The notes beneath the pieces were generated by a model that saw only the letters and a list, made by a program, of their open reading frames with translations, did not search any database and had not been told where the DNA came from. DNA of 64,000 nt from an uncultured Acidobacteriota bacterium (GTDB lineage Bacteria; Acidobacteriota; Blastocatellia; RBC074): positions 2,272,001-2,336,000 of the forward strand of contig CAWCKY010000006.1 in NCBI GenBank assembly GCA_963796275.1, read 5' to 3'. This document shows, piece after piece, positions 33,290-43,785 of the stretch. Position numbers and translations under genes: made by a program. Positions within the stretch are counted from its first letter, which is position 1, and each line of letters opens with the position of its first letter.

Positions 33290-34270
33290 GTGATCCAACC
33301 TTTTGAAATGAAAGAGATGCGGCCTATGGAGCTTCACAAGGGCGTGGTCTCTACCACCACCGATGTTTGGAATATGCTCGTAGCGAGCCGTGACGGTGAT
33401 CTGGTCCGCGTGCAGGAACTGGCCCGACGTTGTCCAGCCCTGCTCACTTGCCAATACGACTACACTACGCCTCTGCATTTCGCGGTGTGCAAGGGCCATC
33501 TCGATCTAGTCCGCTATCTGGTGGAGCAAGGAGCGCTCGATTCTACATATTTGACCCATCCCTTTCGGGACTCGCTCGTCACAATGGCTGAGGATCGCGA
33601 ATATGACGAGATCGCACAATTACTGAAGCGGAGCCTCGACGACCCCAATCTCTCCCACGCTTGGGGTGACACCGGAAAGATAGGCTACGGCAAAGACGAA
33701 ACCCAGATCCGTTTTCAAGAGCTGGTGGACAAGAATAAACACGCCGAAGTGGGGGCAATTTTGCAGGAGCGCCCGGAGTTGGCGTTGGACGAAACTGCGT
33801 TCTGGGGCGAAGGCATCCTGATGATGCCAGCCAAGGTTGGAGACCGCCAGATGCTCGAACTCCTGATGCGTAGCGGCGCGCGCGTCCCCGATCTCTCAAA
33901 ATGGGGCGCGCGCTACTACTTCAAGCATTACGAGATCGCCGCCTTCTTGCTGGAAAACGGCATGAATCCCAATCACATGAACTGGCGGCGTTTCACGCTG
34001 CTGCACGATATGGCCTACACCGGCGATCTGCGCAAGGCCGGTTTACTGCTCGATCACGGCGCGGACATCAATCCGCTTGATGATGACTACTGCTCGACAC
34101 CCCTTGGATACGCTGCCCGCTGGGGGCGGCAAGAGACGGTCGCCTTACTCTTGGAGCGGGGCGCCGATGTGAATAAAGCTGGCGAGCCATGGGCGACGCC
34201 GCTGGCCTGGGCGCGAAAGAAGGGGCACGCTGCTATCGAAACCGCGTTGCGGCAAGCGGGCGCACAGTAG
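33290..34270 (+). CDS. Ankyrin-repeat protein
   Basis: TPLHFAV..GH, TLLHDMA, TPLGYAARWG, TPLAWA..KGH and LLERGADVN repeats. Confidence 0.9.
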   Translation: MIQPFEMKEMRPMELHKGVVSTTTDVWNMLVASRDGDLVRVQELARRCPALLTCQYDYTTPLHFAVCKGHLDLVRYLVEQGALDSTYLTHPFRDSLVTMAEDREYDEIAQLLKRSLDDPNLSHAWGDTGKIGYGKDETQIRFQELVDKNKHAEVGAILQERPELALDETAFWGEGILMMPAKVGDRQMLELLMRSGARVPDLSKWGARYYFKHYEIAAFLLENGMNPNHMNWRRFTLLHDMAYTGDLRKAGLLLDHGADINPLDDDYCSTPLGYAARWGRQETVALLLERGADVNKAGEPWATPLAWARKKGHAAIETALRQAGAQ

Positions 34271-34546
34271 GGCGTCGGCGCACTCACGGCGTCTGCAAAA
34301 GGGCGCTAGTGTAAGCGGTGGAAAATCATCGAGCGACGCTGAAGGCCAGCTACCCTTTCAAATACGTTAAAGTTGCAAATCATCACGGCGGACGCTACCG
34401 TTACTATGACGAGGTAGAGATAGTTATGTTGCCGAGCGTGGAAGGTGGATAAGGGATTATGCCCCACCACGTCCGGCAGATGTCAGCAATGGCGCTATAT
34501 AATGGCCGAGATCGACTTTCACCTATCTCGGGAACCGGGAGAATTC

Positions 34547-35608
34547 ATGAAATATCGTCTATCGGTTCAATTCGCCGCTTTCTGCTTAGGCCTTTCAATG
34601 CTGGTTATGCCCCTACCCCTCATCGCGCAATCGACCGAGCCGACCGGGGCTCCCAAGTCACATGCCGAAGGAGCCGCGGTTCGTATCGAGACTTCCCTCG
34701 TCTCAATACCGGTTGCGGTGCTCGATGGACAGGGAAAATTTGTTCCCGGGCTCAAGAAAAGTGACTTTCGCATTTTCGAGGACGATGTCGAGCAGGATAT
34801 CGAGTGGTTTGCCGCGGTCGAAGTGCCGTTCCATCTCGTGCTCCTCCTGGACACTTCGCGGAGCACCGTTTTCCGCCTCGAGGATATCCAACAGTCAGCG
34901 ATAAATTTCGTGGATCAGTTGCGGCCGCAGGACAGGGTCATGGTTATCTCCTTCGATGACGCCGTCAGCGTAGACTCGGAGTTCACGAGCGATCGTCGGC
35001 AATTGCGCCAGGCGATTCGCAACACGCGCACCGGCACCTCGACACGCCTCTATGATGCCGTCGAACTGGCGATCACCGAGCGACTAGATGAAGTTGAAGG
35101 GCGGAAGGCCATCGTGCTCTTCACCGACGGCGCGGACACGGCCAGCCGGCTGGCAAACTCTCGCTCAACTATCGTACGGGTAGAAGCATCGGATGTACTC
35201 GTTTACGTTGTCCAATATGATACCGACAACGATCTTCAGAATTTGGTCTTGGGGCGTGGTGTCGTGATCGGCGGCATGAAGTCGGAGGGGCGTAGGGAGT
35301 CGGGTTACCTGGGCGAGCTGGCCGAGCGCAGCGGAGCCAAGCTCTATCGAACAGAGAATGTGGCGAGCCTCGATCGGGCCTTCGCGCAGATCGCCGGAGA
35401 GTTGCGCAATCAGTATTGGCTCAGCTACTACCCGACCAAGGCGGCGCGCGACGGTTCTTACCGCCGCCTCAGAGTCAGCGTCAACCGTTCCAACGCCGTG
35501 TTGCGTACCCGTGAAGGCTACCGGGCTTCGGCTGAGGAATCCGCCATCGGTCCTGACCAGGCGCCGGGGCGGATGAACCGGCCGATTCTCAAGCGCGCCA
35601 CCAAGTGA
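34547..35608 (+). CDS. Secreted VWA-domain protein
   Basis: Start re-called at MKYRL (signal peptide); LLLDTSRS, TRLYDA and RKAIVLFTDG motifs. Confidence 0.9.
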   Translation: MKYRLSVQFAAFCLGLSMLVMPLPLIAQSTEPTGAPKSHAEGAAVRIETSLVSIPVAVLDGQGKFVPGLKKSDFRIFEDDVEQDIEWFAAVEVPFHLVLLLDTSRSTVFRLEDIQQSAINFVDQLRPQDRVMVISFDDAVSVDSEFTSDRRQLRQAIRNTRTGTSTRLYDAVELAITERLDEVEGRKAIVLFTDGADTASRLANSRSTIVRVEASDVLVYVVQYDTDNDLQNLVLGRGVVIGGMKSEGRRESGYLGELAERSGAKLYRTENVASLDRAFAQIAGELRNQYWLSYYPTKAARDGSYRRLRVSVNRSNAVLRTREGYRASAEESAIGPDQAPGRMNRPILKRATK

Positions 35609-35714
35609 TGATCGAGTTTTTCATGTCACTATCCCGCTTTGCGGGCTACAGGAATATCAAAAAATTTTGTTTACAGAGAACTAATTCGACATCACGGATT
35701 GACAGGGAAGAGAG

Positions 35715-36680
35715 ATGAGAGAAGAACGGCCGCGAGCCAACTCTGTCCTTTTGATACTTTTGATGGTGGGAATGATCTTATCGATCTTTGCTCAATCGGG
35801 CCGCCGACCGGGTGGGACGGTGTCGACTCCTGCAGATGATGTGGTAGTCAAGCCCAGGAAAGCTCCATTTACGATTCCCGTAAGCGCGATCGACGAGGAT
35901 AGCAAGCCTGTCGCTGGACTCGCCAGGCGCGAGTTCCATCTGTTCGAGAATGGCGTGGAACAGGAGATCATCGGGTTTAGCTCGACCGAGGAGCCGTTCC
36001 AGATTGCGCTACTCATCGACACCTCACGGAGCACCCTCACCAAGATGAAAGCAATGCAACAGGCGGCGTTCGATTTCGTCGAGCAACTTCGTCCGCAGGA
36101 TCGTGTTATGGTCTTGTCCTTTGATGATGATATCTACATCGATACCGAGATGACCGATAATCGCGACGTGTGGCGCCGTGCAATAAGCGGCACGCGTGTT
36201 GGCCGAGGCGCGCGGATATTTGATGCCATCGATTTGACGATCACTGAAAGGCTAGGCCGGCTTGAAGGGCGTAAGGCAATCGTGCTCCTCACTGACGGCG
36301 TGGACAGTGGGAGCCAACATTCCACGGCGCATTCGACCATTACGCGTGCCGAAGCCACCGGTGTCATCGTTTACCCGATTCAATATCTCTCCCGGCTAGC
36401 GCCTCGGACAGTCTTGAATTCCGATCTGCGAGGGCGTGAGGGGGGCGACCCGGCCAGGTATTTTTATTTCGAGATTGCCGAACGCAGTGGTGCCAAGTTC
36501 CACCGAGCCGACACATTGATAGATCTCAGTCTGGTTTTCCGTGAGGTTGCCGAAGATTTGAGGCATCAGTACTGGCTCAGTTATAACCCAGCTGATGCGA
36601 CAGATAGCGGCAAAGTCAGGCGTATCCGCGTTAGTGTCGAGCGGCCGGGTGTATTTGCTCGCGCTCGCAGAGGTCCTTAG
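35715..36680 (+). CDS. Secreted VWA-domain protein (tandem paralogue)
   Basis: LLIDTSRS, RKAIVLLTDGVD and DLRHQYWLSY motifs. Confidence 0.88.
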   Translation: MREERPRANSVLLILLMVGMILSIFAQSGRRPGGTVSTPADDVVVKPRKAPFTIPVSAIDEDSKPVAGLARREFHLFENGVEQEIIGFSSTEEPFQIALLIDTSRSTLTKMKAMQQAAFDFVEQLRPQDRVMVLSFDDDIYIDTEMTDNRDVWRRAISGTRVGRGARIFDAIDLTITERLGRLEGRKAIVLLTDGVDSGSQHSTAHSTITRAEATGVIVYPIQYLSRLAPRTVLNSDLRGREGGDPARYFYFEIAERSGAKFHRADTLIDLSLVFREVAEDLRHQYWLSYNPADATDSGKVRRIRVSVERPGVFARARRGP

Positions 36681-36783
36681 CCGACCTTTAAGGGACGCCC
36701 TACTAACTCGAAATCGGCTGCGAAAGAACTGCTCGGCAGAGCGTAAAATTTTTGACGATACCCAATTCTTCAGATTGGGTAAA

Positions 36784-37263
36784 TTACGGTGATGCGGCCT
36801 TCGCTAAATCGGCCATAGTTGCTTGTACGGCGCGTTGCAGGTCATGGGGAGAAAGGATCATCTGCAAACCGCGTTGTCCCGCGCTCACGCTGATTTGTTC
36901 GTAGTTCAGCGCACTTTGGTCGAGAAAAAGTGGATATTTTTTCTTTGACCCCAGCGGTGAGACGCCGCCACGAATGTATCCAGTGAGCGATTGTATTTCT
37001 TTCAATGCAACAAGCTCGACTTTTTTATTGCCAGTCACTGCTGCAAACTTTTTCAAATCGAGTTCTATGTTTCCGGGCACACAAGCCAGAATTACACCGG
37101 TTTTGTCTCCCCGCGCGACAAGCGTTTTGAAGGTCGCCTCGGGCGGCATATTCACTTTACGAGCGACTGAAATCGCGTCCAATTCTTGTTCACTGACTTC
37201 ATAAACGCGCAATTCGTACGGGATATTTAGTTGGTCGAGCATTCTCACGGCATTTGTTTTCAT
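36784..37263 (-). CDS. ybaK: Cys-tRNA(Pro) deacylase YbaK
   Basis: [25 protein letters not shown] and SAGQRG motifs. Confidence 0.92.
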   Translation of the reverse strand: MKTNAVRMLDQLNIPYELRVYEVSEQELDAISVARKVNMPPEATFKTLVARGDKTGVILACVPGNIELDLKKFAAVTGNKKVELVALKEIQSLTGYIRGGVSPLGSKKKYPLFLDQSALNYEQISVSAGQRGLQMILSPHDLQRAVQATMADLAKAASP

Positions 37264-37276
37264 AAAGTACCGTCCA

Positions 37277-38176
37277 TCATGGCGACCAGACCGGCTGATA
37301 GTCGTGGGCCGGATTACTCGTCAGCCGCATCACGGCCGATCCATCCGCGTTCATTAGGTATATCTCGACATTGTAATCAGTTGAACAACAGGGGGCGCCG
37401 TCCCGGCTGTCCGCGAATGCGATCCTCTGACCGTCAGTCGACCACGCCGGTTCGACGCCGGCATTCAGCAATCTCTGATCCGATCCGTCGGCGTTCATCA
37501 GGTAGATTCCGGGATCGTTCTCCTGGTCACTTGTGAAAGCTAGTTTGCTCCCATCTGGAGACCAACTCGGGACCCCACGGGTACGCAGGTTATAGGTCAG
37601 CCGCGTGAGCGCGGTGCCGTCCGCATCCATCACCCAGATATCTGGTGCGGGATCTAAGTCAGCAGACTCACGCGTGCTCATGAATGCGATCTTCCGCCCA
37701 TCAGGCGACCAGGCCGGGTAACTGTCAAAACCCGGAACAATTGGCCGTGTCACGTCCGATCCATCGGCATTCATGACATAAATCCCAAAGACGCGAATCC
37801 CAAAACTGACGTAGCGATCACTTGTGAACGCGATCTTCCGCCCGTCAGGCGACCACGCCGGTTCAATGTCGAAGCCGGCATCGTTCGTCAGCCGAGTGAG
37901 GCCCGAACCGTCGGCGTTCATCACGTAGATTTCCCAGTTGCCATCCCTGTTGCTCCGGAATGCGATCCGGCTCCCGTCAGGTGACCAACTGGGCTCATCA
38001 TCCCAGGCCGGATCATCGGTGAGCCTTGTCAGATCCGAGCCGTCGGCATTCATCACGTATATCTCGAAGTTGCCATCCCGGTTGCTCGAAAATGCGATTT
38101 TCGGGGTGGCTAACCCTTGCGTAAATAAGGACGTCGTTACCAGTAGACACGCCACCAGAAAAAACAGCCTTTGCAT
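37277..38176 (-). CDS. Exported TolB-like PD40-repeat beta-propeller
   Basis: Six P.WSPDG..IAF.S...IYVMNADGS repeats; start re-called at MQRLFF with an AGGAG RBS. Confidence 0.9.
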   Translation of the reverse strand: MQRLFFLVACLLVTTSLFTQGLATPKIAFSSNRDGNFEIYVMNADGSDLTRLTDDPAWDDEPSWSPDGSRIAFRSNRDGNWEIYVMNADGSGLTRLTNDAGFDIEPAWSPDGRKIAFTSDRYVSFGIRVFGIYVMNADGSDVTRPIVPGFDSYPAWSPDGRKIAFMSTRESADLDPAPDIWVMDADGTALTRLTYNLRTRGVPSWSPDGSKLAFTSDQENDPGIYLMNADGSDQRLLNAGVEPAWSTDGQRIAFADSRDGAPCCSTDYNVEIYLMNADGSAVMRLTSNPAHDYQPVWSP

Positions 38177-38685
38177 AATATGATCTCCTAAAATATTTCG
38201 TATTGATCTGCCAGGTTCCAACCGAATGAAAATCATTTGAAATTGAAACTTAGTTTGTTGGAACCGGTGCGAATTAAAATCCGACGGAAAAAGTGGCTTC
38301 ATTTTAAATGTACTTCGTGAATAGGCTTGATCAAATGAGTTTCAAGTAATTGTTGAAATCACCGATAACTAATTACTTTAATTTTCACATGATTCAAATT
38401 ATAAGGTGGGCAAACGTTGTAGCTATCGCGAGTTTTATAATCTACTTCATTACTCACACGTCCACAAGCTTCACTCCTAAAGCAATCTTTATTCCAACGT
38501 GGCAACGGTTTGAATGGAAAGAGATTTAGCGACTCAAGGGCGATTCTGAGGCCTTGTTTGGCACATTCAGTGGCTCTCAGTGAGTCAGCCTGGCGCAATT
38601 TGTTTCGCCAAGCAGTTACGGTTTAATAACGTTTCGGTAATAAAGTTCCAATAATATAAGGTTTCAGTTGGGAATGTTGGTAAAC

Positions 38686-38732
38686 AACTAAAAACTAAAA
38701 ACTAAAAACTAAAAACTGAAAACTGAAAACTG
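38686..38732. repeat. Heptamer tandem repeat (AACTAAA)4(AACTGAA)2 plus a partial copy
   Basis: Directly visible, immediately downstream of the DUF885 gene stop. Confidence 0.9.
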
Positions 38733-38742
38733 GGTTGGGTAC

Positions 38743-40380
38743 TCAAGCCTCGAGCAGGATCACCTCGTCGTTTGATCCGAGATACTCCCACCGCAGGAGC
38801 GCGACTGGAATGTTTCCGTTCTTCCAAACGTAATCGTGAAATGCGCGCAAGCTGAATTTAGCTCCAAGGGCTTGCCGTGCTTCAGCCAGAAACTTTGTAA
38901 TTTGCAGCTTGCCGATTTGGTATGTGATGGCCTGACCGGGAAGGGAAGCGAAGAAGATGGCTTCGGCCCGCGCGGTTTCGTAATCCATCGGCGTTTTAGT
39001 CTGCAAGTACTCCGTCGCCTCATCAATGCTGAAGAGACCCAGCGCCAGCTTGACGTCAACTTCGACCCGCAGGGCGCGCAGCCGCATGAAGTTGTAGATG
39101 ATCGCGCGCGTCCGCGGGCTGTCATCGAACAACCCGGCCTGGAGCATCATCTCCTCCGCGTAAAAGCCGATGCCCTCATTGGGCCCCGAATCATAGTAAT
39201 AGCGACGAATCGGATTTTCATGCGCCCACGAGAGCGCCATTTGAAAGTAATGGCCCGGGACGCCTTCGTGCACGATGAGCGGGCGCGGGTCGCGCGCCGA
39301 TGAAAGTTCGAAATAACCCAGATTCTGCGCAGGCTGAGGGATGTAACGCACGCCATTTTCATCAAGACGAGTCGGGGATGTCAGGTCATCAACCACGCCG
39401 AGAGCCGCCAGCGGCTCAATGTATGCGGGCAGCGGCAGATTACGATAATGCCGCATCCAATCGGGCACGGTTAGAATGTTTTTCTCTTCGAGGAAGCGCC
39501 GAATATTTTTTTCGTCTTCCTCCTCGCGCGCCATCTGCGTAGCCTGATCGGGAAAGAGTGGATCTTCAGCCATGCCGGTTGCGCGTTCTTGCGCGATGGC
39601 TTCAAAAGCGATGGATCTCTCCCATTCCTGTCTGCCCATCGCCAGCAATTGTTCCGGGGTATACGGCATCAAAGCGACGTGCCGAAGAAAATAGACATAA
39701 CCTTCACGCCCGACCGCCATCTCTTCCGACATCGCAGGCAATCGCTCTTCCAGCCAGGCCCGCCAGTCTTCCAGCGCCGCGATCGCTTCTTCCGAGACTT
39801 GCCCGATCTCTCCGGCGCTTTGGCTTGCAAGCAGCGGCTGAAGTTCACGGGCGACTTGCGAGAGCCGCGGACGCAGTTGGCGCAATATCTCGAGCGTCAC
39901 CACGGCAAACGGTTTGACGGCGCCGCGCGCCAGATTGGCCTTCCCGTCGGCGAGCAATTTCGGAATGCGCCGCAGGCAGTTAATGATCTCCGCGCTGCGG
40001 TCGTGATCGAAAGGACGGTTCTTGAGCAATTCTTCGAAGAGCGCTCCCAGCGTCTGATAAATATAAAACCTCGGATTGCATTCCCAGGAGCGCAAAACGT
40101 CCAACTCCCAGCGCACGCGAGCCAACGCCGACCCGATTGATCGATAGTCTACCTGACGGGGAATCGGCCATGCTGACACATCAATGCTCTTCCACCGTTC
40201 TGTGAATACAGCCAGAGCCGCGCGCTGTCGCTCGACAGCGGTCTGCGACCAATCGGGTTCCCAACCGCGCGGGCGTTCGATGCGCGGAAGGTCGTCGCTT
40301 GAGTTTGGTTGGTGAAAAGCGCGCCACTCCCAGAAGTCGCGCGCGAGTTGATCAAGTTGATCGAAATTGTGTTCAGTCAT
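38743..40380 (-). CDS. DUF885-family protein (metallopeptidase-like)
   Basis: IVHEGVPGHYFQ, EGIGFYAE, PGQAITYQIGK and FSLRAFHD motifs; start re-called at MTEHNF. Confidence 0.85.
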   Translation of the reverse strand: MTEHNFDQLDQLARDFWEWRAFHQPNSSDDLPRIERPRGWEPDWSQTAVERQRAALAVFTERWKSIDVSAWPIPRQVDYRSIGSALARVRWELDVLRSWECNPRFYIYQTLGALFEELLKNRPFDHDRSAEIINCLRRIPKLLADGKANLARGAVKPFAVVTLEILRQLRPRLSQVARELQPLLASQSAGEIGQVSEEAIAALEDWRAWLEERLPAMSEEMAVGREGYVYFLRHVALMPYTPEQLLAMGRQEWERSIAFEAIAQERATGMAEDPLFPDQATQMAREEEDEKNIRRFLEEKNILTVPDWMRHYRNLPLPAYIEPLAALGVVDDLTSPTRLDENGVRYIPQPAQNLGYFELSSARDPRPLIVHEGVPGHYFQMALSWAHENPIRRYYYDSGPNEGIGFYAEEMMLQAGLFDDSPRTRAIIYNFMRLRALRVEVDVKLALGLFSIDEATEYLQTKTPMDYETARAEAIFFASLPGQAITYQIGKLQITKFLAEARQALGAKFSLRAFHDYVWKNGNIPVALLRWEYLGSNDEVILLEA

Positions 40381-40490
40381 CGTCAATTCAATCACTGCCG
40401 CGAGCAGTCGCAAGAGCAGCCCCCGGCTGATACGACAGGGGCTGCCACTCTTGCTCGCCGTGCCAAGCTTACCGGACTGCGGCCGGACTT

Positions 40491-42959
40491 TTACTTCACC
40501 TTCCACTCCTGGATGCCAGCCGACCAATTCTGCTGCATCGTGATCTCAAGACGCAGCCCCGTCGTCGACACTGATTTGAAGGTGACCTTATTGAATTTAT
40601 CCTTCTCGACGCCGTAAGACTCGGTCGTTTCTACTGGCTTCCACGCCTCCCCGTCCTTGTAGAGGATGCGCCAGGAGGCGGGCGTGCGACACTCGCCGCG
40701 GCCAGTGTCGTCGTACCAATAGAGATCGGTCTCCGAGATCGTGGCGGGTTTCTCGAAGGCGTATTCCACCCATTCCGCCGCGCCTTTCTTGGGCCACCAA
40801 TGGAAATAAGTGTCCGAGTTGTCTCTCGACGATCGCGGCTCGGATTGATCGTTGATGGCGGCGATGAGGTTGGGATTCTGGTTTTCCGACGCGCGAACTT
40901 TGCTCTTCGAAGCGATTGTCGGTGGGGGCGGCAGCTTGACGCTCGATTCGTTGTTGGGGAGCCAGACGATCATCTCCCCGCGACCTCGGTTGGCCCAGGC
41001 GTAATAGGGAATCGCGGTGAAATCCTGTTCGGTCTTGATCGCTTTGCCCTCGGCGTTTGAGGCGAGGGCGACGGCTCTGCCTTTGACGATCGTGACGCCG
41101 TTAAGCAGGTCGGGTTTGAACTGGGCTGTCAGCTTCGCGTTGTCGGGCAGTACCAGGTTGCGCACGCGACCGTTCGGATTATCGGTCCACTCGGCGCAAT
41201 AGACGAGCGGTCCGCGCTGCAGCGCCACCCGCCCGCGATCGGCCTCTACCTGGTCATTAGCCACTATGCGCCGGATCGGCATCGGCAGAGCCAGTTCTAT
41301 CACATCGCCCGATTTCCAATTGCGATTCAGGCTCGCGTAGCCCTTGTCGAGTTGGAAAGTCACGGTCTTGCCGTTGACCTTGAGCGCGACCGCCTCATCG
41401 AATTTGTCATGGAAGCGATAAAGGTCGCCCGGTGCGGCTTCGTTGCGCGCCCAGCCGGGGATGCGCACGTTAATCCTGAATTGCCCGCTCTTGTCCGGAT
41501 TGACTGTCATTTTGATATAGCCGTCCCATGGGTAGCGCGTCTCCTGAACCATCTTCACCGTTCGGCCATTGTCCATCTTGGTCTCAGCCCGACTTCCGAC
41601 AAAGAGGTTGACGTAGAGCGTATCGCCCTGCTGAGCGTAGACGTAGCCGGGCACGGAGGCCAGGAATCGCGTGATGTTTCCCGGACAGCAGGCCACGCCG
41701 AACCAGGGGCTGCGCTGATGCTGACCTTTGGATTCCAGCGGGTTGGGATAGAAGAACGACTTGCCGTCAAGCGACACACCGGAGATCAACCCGTTGTAAA
41801 GCGTCCGTTCCATCACATCGATGTAGCGCGCATCGGCGTGCAGCAGGAACAGGCGATAGTTCCAGTAATCGTTGCCGATGGCGGCACAGGTTTCGTTATA
41901 GGCGGTCATATTCGGCAACTCGAAGTCGCGTCCGAATGCTTCGCCGGAACCGGTAGCTCCGATACCGCCGGTGAGATACAGCTTCCGGCCGACCATGCTT
42001 TCCCAGATTCTATCGATCGCGTTGAGATAGGCCGCGTCTCCGGTGAGAGCCGCGACATCGGCGATGCCCGAATACATATATGTCGCGCGCACGGCGTGAC
42101 CGACCGGTTCGTTCTGCTCTACGACTTTCTTATGAGACTGGTTGTAGGCGCGGCCGGCGCCCTTATCGCCATCCGGTCCGCGTTCGTCGAGCATGAACTT
42201 GGCCAGATCGAGATACCGCTGCTCGCCGGTGACGCGGTATAACTTGACCAGACCCATCTCCGTGATCTGGTGGCCCGGCCAGATGGATTTCTTGCCCGGC
42301 CCGAAAGTCTCTGTGAGCAGGTCAGCGGTCTTGAGCGCGATGTCCAGCAGCGAGCGTTTGCCCGTGGCTTGATAATGAGCGATGGCGGCTTCATAGAGAT
42401 GACCCAGGTTATAAAGCTCGTGGCTGTCGTCTTTCTCCAGAACCCAACGCTCCTTCCCGGCCCAGCGGTGAGGGTTGATGGGGTCAATTGTGCGAGTGGT
42501 GTAAAGGTAGCCGTCCTTTTCCTGGGCGGCGCCGATCTTTGCGATCAGGCTGTCGAGGTAAGCTTCGAGCTTGGCATCAGGGTGAACGCTGAGCGAGTAA
42601 GAAGCGCCTTCGAGCACTTTGTAGACGTCGGTATCGTCGAAGGGATAGCCGGGCGGTCTCTTGTCCTGAAGCTGCTCGCCGCGGAGCGCCGCAGCGGCGC
42701 GCTCGAAGTGATAAACGCGTTTCGTGTCCTCGCATTTCTCGAAAGCGAAGGGAATCGTCACCGTCCGGTTGATCTCGATTCGCGGCGCCCAGAAGACGTC
42801 GTTGAAATGCACAGCGGTGAACGGCACAGGTTTGACGGGATAATCGCGCGGCGGTTTGGTGGCCGTCGTTTTGTCATTTTGCGCAATAGTCGCCGGAGTA
42901 ACCCAAAGGCAGAATGCCGCGACAATACTAAAAATGAAGCGTTTTTTTGCGGTTTTCAT
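40491..42959 (-). CDS. GH127 (beta-L-arabinofuranosidase-like) glycoside hydrolase with a C-terminal discoidin/CBM-like domain
   Basis: FDDTDVYK, HELYN.GH, GHAVRA.Y, ETCAAIG, ACCPGN and IPYYAWANRG motifs; signal peptide. Confidence 0.92.
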   Translation of the reverse strand: MKTAKKRFIFSIVAAFCLWVTPATIAQNDKTTATKPPRDYPVKPVPFTAVHFNDVFWAPRIEINRTVTIPFAFEKCEDTKRVYHFERAAAALRGEQLQDKRPPGYPFDDTDVYKVLEGASYSLSVHPDAKLEAYLDSLIAKIGAAQEKDGYLYTTRTIDPINPHRWAGKERWVLEKDDSHELYNLGHLYEAAIAHYQATGKRSLLDIALKTADLLTETFGPGKKSIWPGHQITEMGLVKLYRVTGEQRYLDLAKFMLDERGPDGDKGAGRAYNQSHKKVVEQNEPVGHAVRATYMYSGIADVAALTGDAAYLNAIDRIWESMVGRKLYLTGGIGATGSGEAFGRDFELPNMTAYNETCAAIGNDYWNYRLFLLHADARYIDVMERTLYNGLISGVSLDGKSFFYPNPLESKGQHQRSPWFGVACCPGNITRFLASVPGYVYAQQGDTLYVNLFVGSRAETKMDNGRTVKMVQETRYPWDGYIKMTVNPDKSGQFRINVRIPGWARNEAAPGDLYRFHDKFDEAVALKVNGKTVTFQLDKGYASLNRNWKSGDVIELALPMPIRRIVANDQVEADRGRVALQRGPLVYCAEWTDNPNGRVRNLVLPDNAKLTAQFKPDLLNGVTIVKGRAVALASNAEGKAIKTEQDFTAIPYYAWANRGRGEMIVWLPNNESSVKLPPPPTIASKSKVRASENQNPNLIAAINDQSEPRSSRDNSDTYFHWWPKKGAAEWVEYAFEKPATISETDLYWYDDTGRGECRTPASWRILYKDGEAWKPVETTESYGVEKDKFNKVTFKSVSTTGLRLEITMQQNWSAGIQEWKVK

Positions 42960-43185
42960 AATCGCTCCTCTTATAACGAAATAACGAATAACGAATTTGC
43001 AATTGTCGCTCTATCGCGCGACAGCAAGCGTGAGTCGAGCGGAGTGCCGAAGATCATGGCCGTCCTGACGCCTGACTGCGGCTCGATGAGAGATCGCGCC
43101 TTTCAACTAAACGGGCGATATCTATCAATCGCCCTTCCTTCATCACCGATCTTGCTTCGTATATGGCAAACCGCGGTTGAATGAG

Positions 43186-43236
43186 GTGCGTCCGCTTTCA
43201 GGCGGTCAGAGTTTAACGCCTAATGGCGGAACTCCA
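43186..43236. repeat. Degenerate REP doublet of the same family as the 46.7-47.1 kb array
   Basis: TCCGCTTTCAGGCGG ... CGCCTAATGGCGGAACTCC. Confidence 0.55.
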
Positions 43237-43785
43237 TGCGCCTTATATTTTTATATGGGCGAGAAAATCCGCCTCCAGAATCAGTGAATCCGTCATCTGC
43301 CAACCTCAAGTGTGCCATACTCGTCGAGTTTGCGTCAGGCAAGAGCGCTCGTTCTCGGCGAGGTAATTGCCGCGGCGCTCCCCATCCGCTCGGCTCCTAA
43401 TGTTTATTCTGCGTTGCGCCCGCCATGCATTGCTTGATCGGACATCGTGATCGAAAACATCGAACAGATCGTGTCCCGCTAAACGCTGCTGCGCTGAGCC
43501 GCGCAACTCCCGCACATTAAAAAGTTAGCAGACGATGTTTGTCTTGTATTCGTTTAGGATGATTGGACGAGGTTAGCTGCGATAGGTTTTTATAGATATT
43601 TGATTTGAAACTCTTTCGTCACGTGCGGCTTGGACGATACGCCATTCCAGTAAATGGACTGTTGCCCGCAATTAGCATATCTCGGAAGACGAACCGCGAC
43701 GCCAACCCCTTGTCGTACCCTGACGAACGAGAATCTCAACAACGTCTTTTTGAAAATGTCTAATTTAATTTATAAAAGTTGCCCT

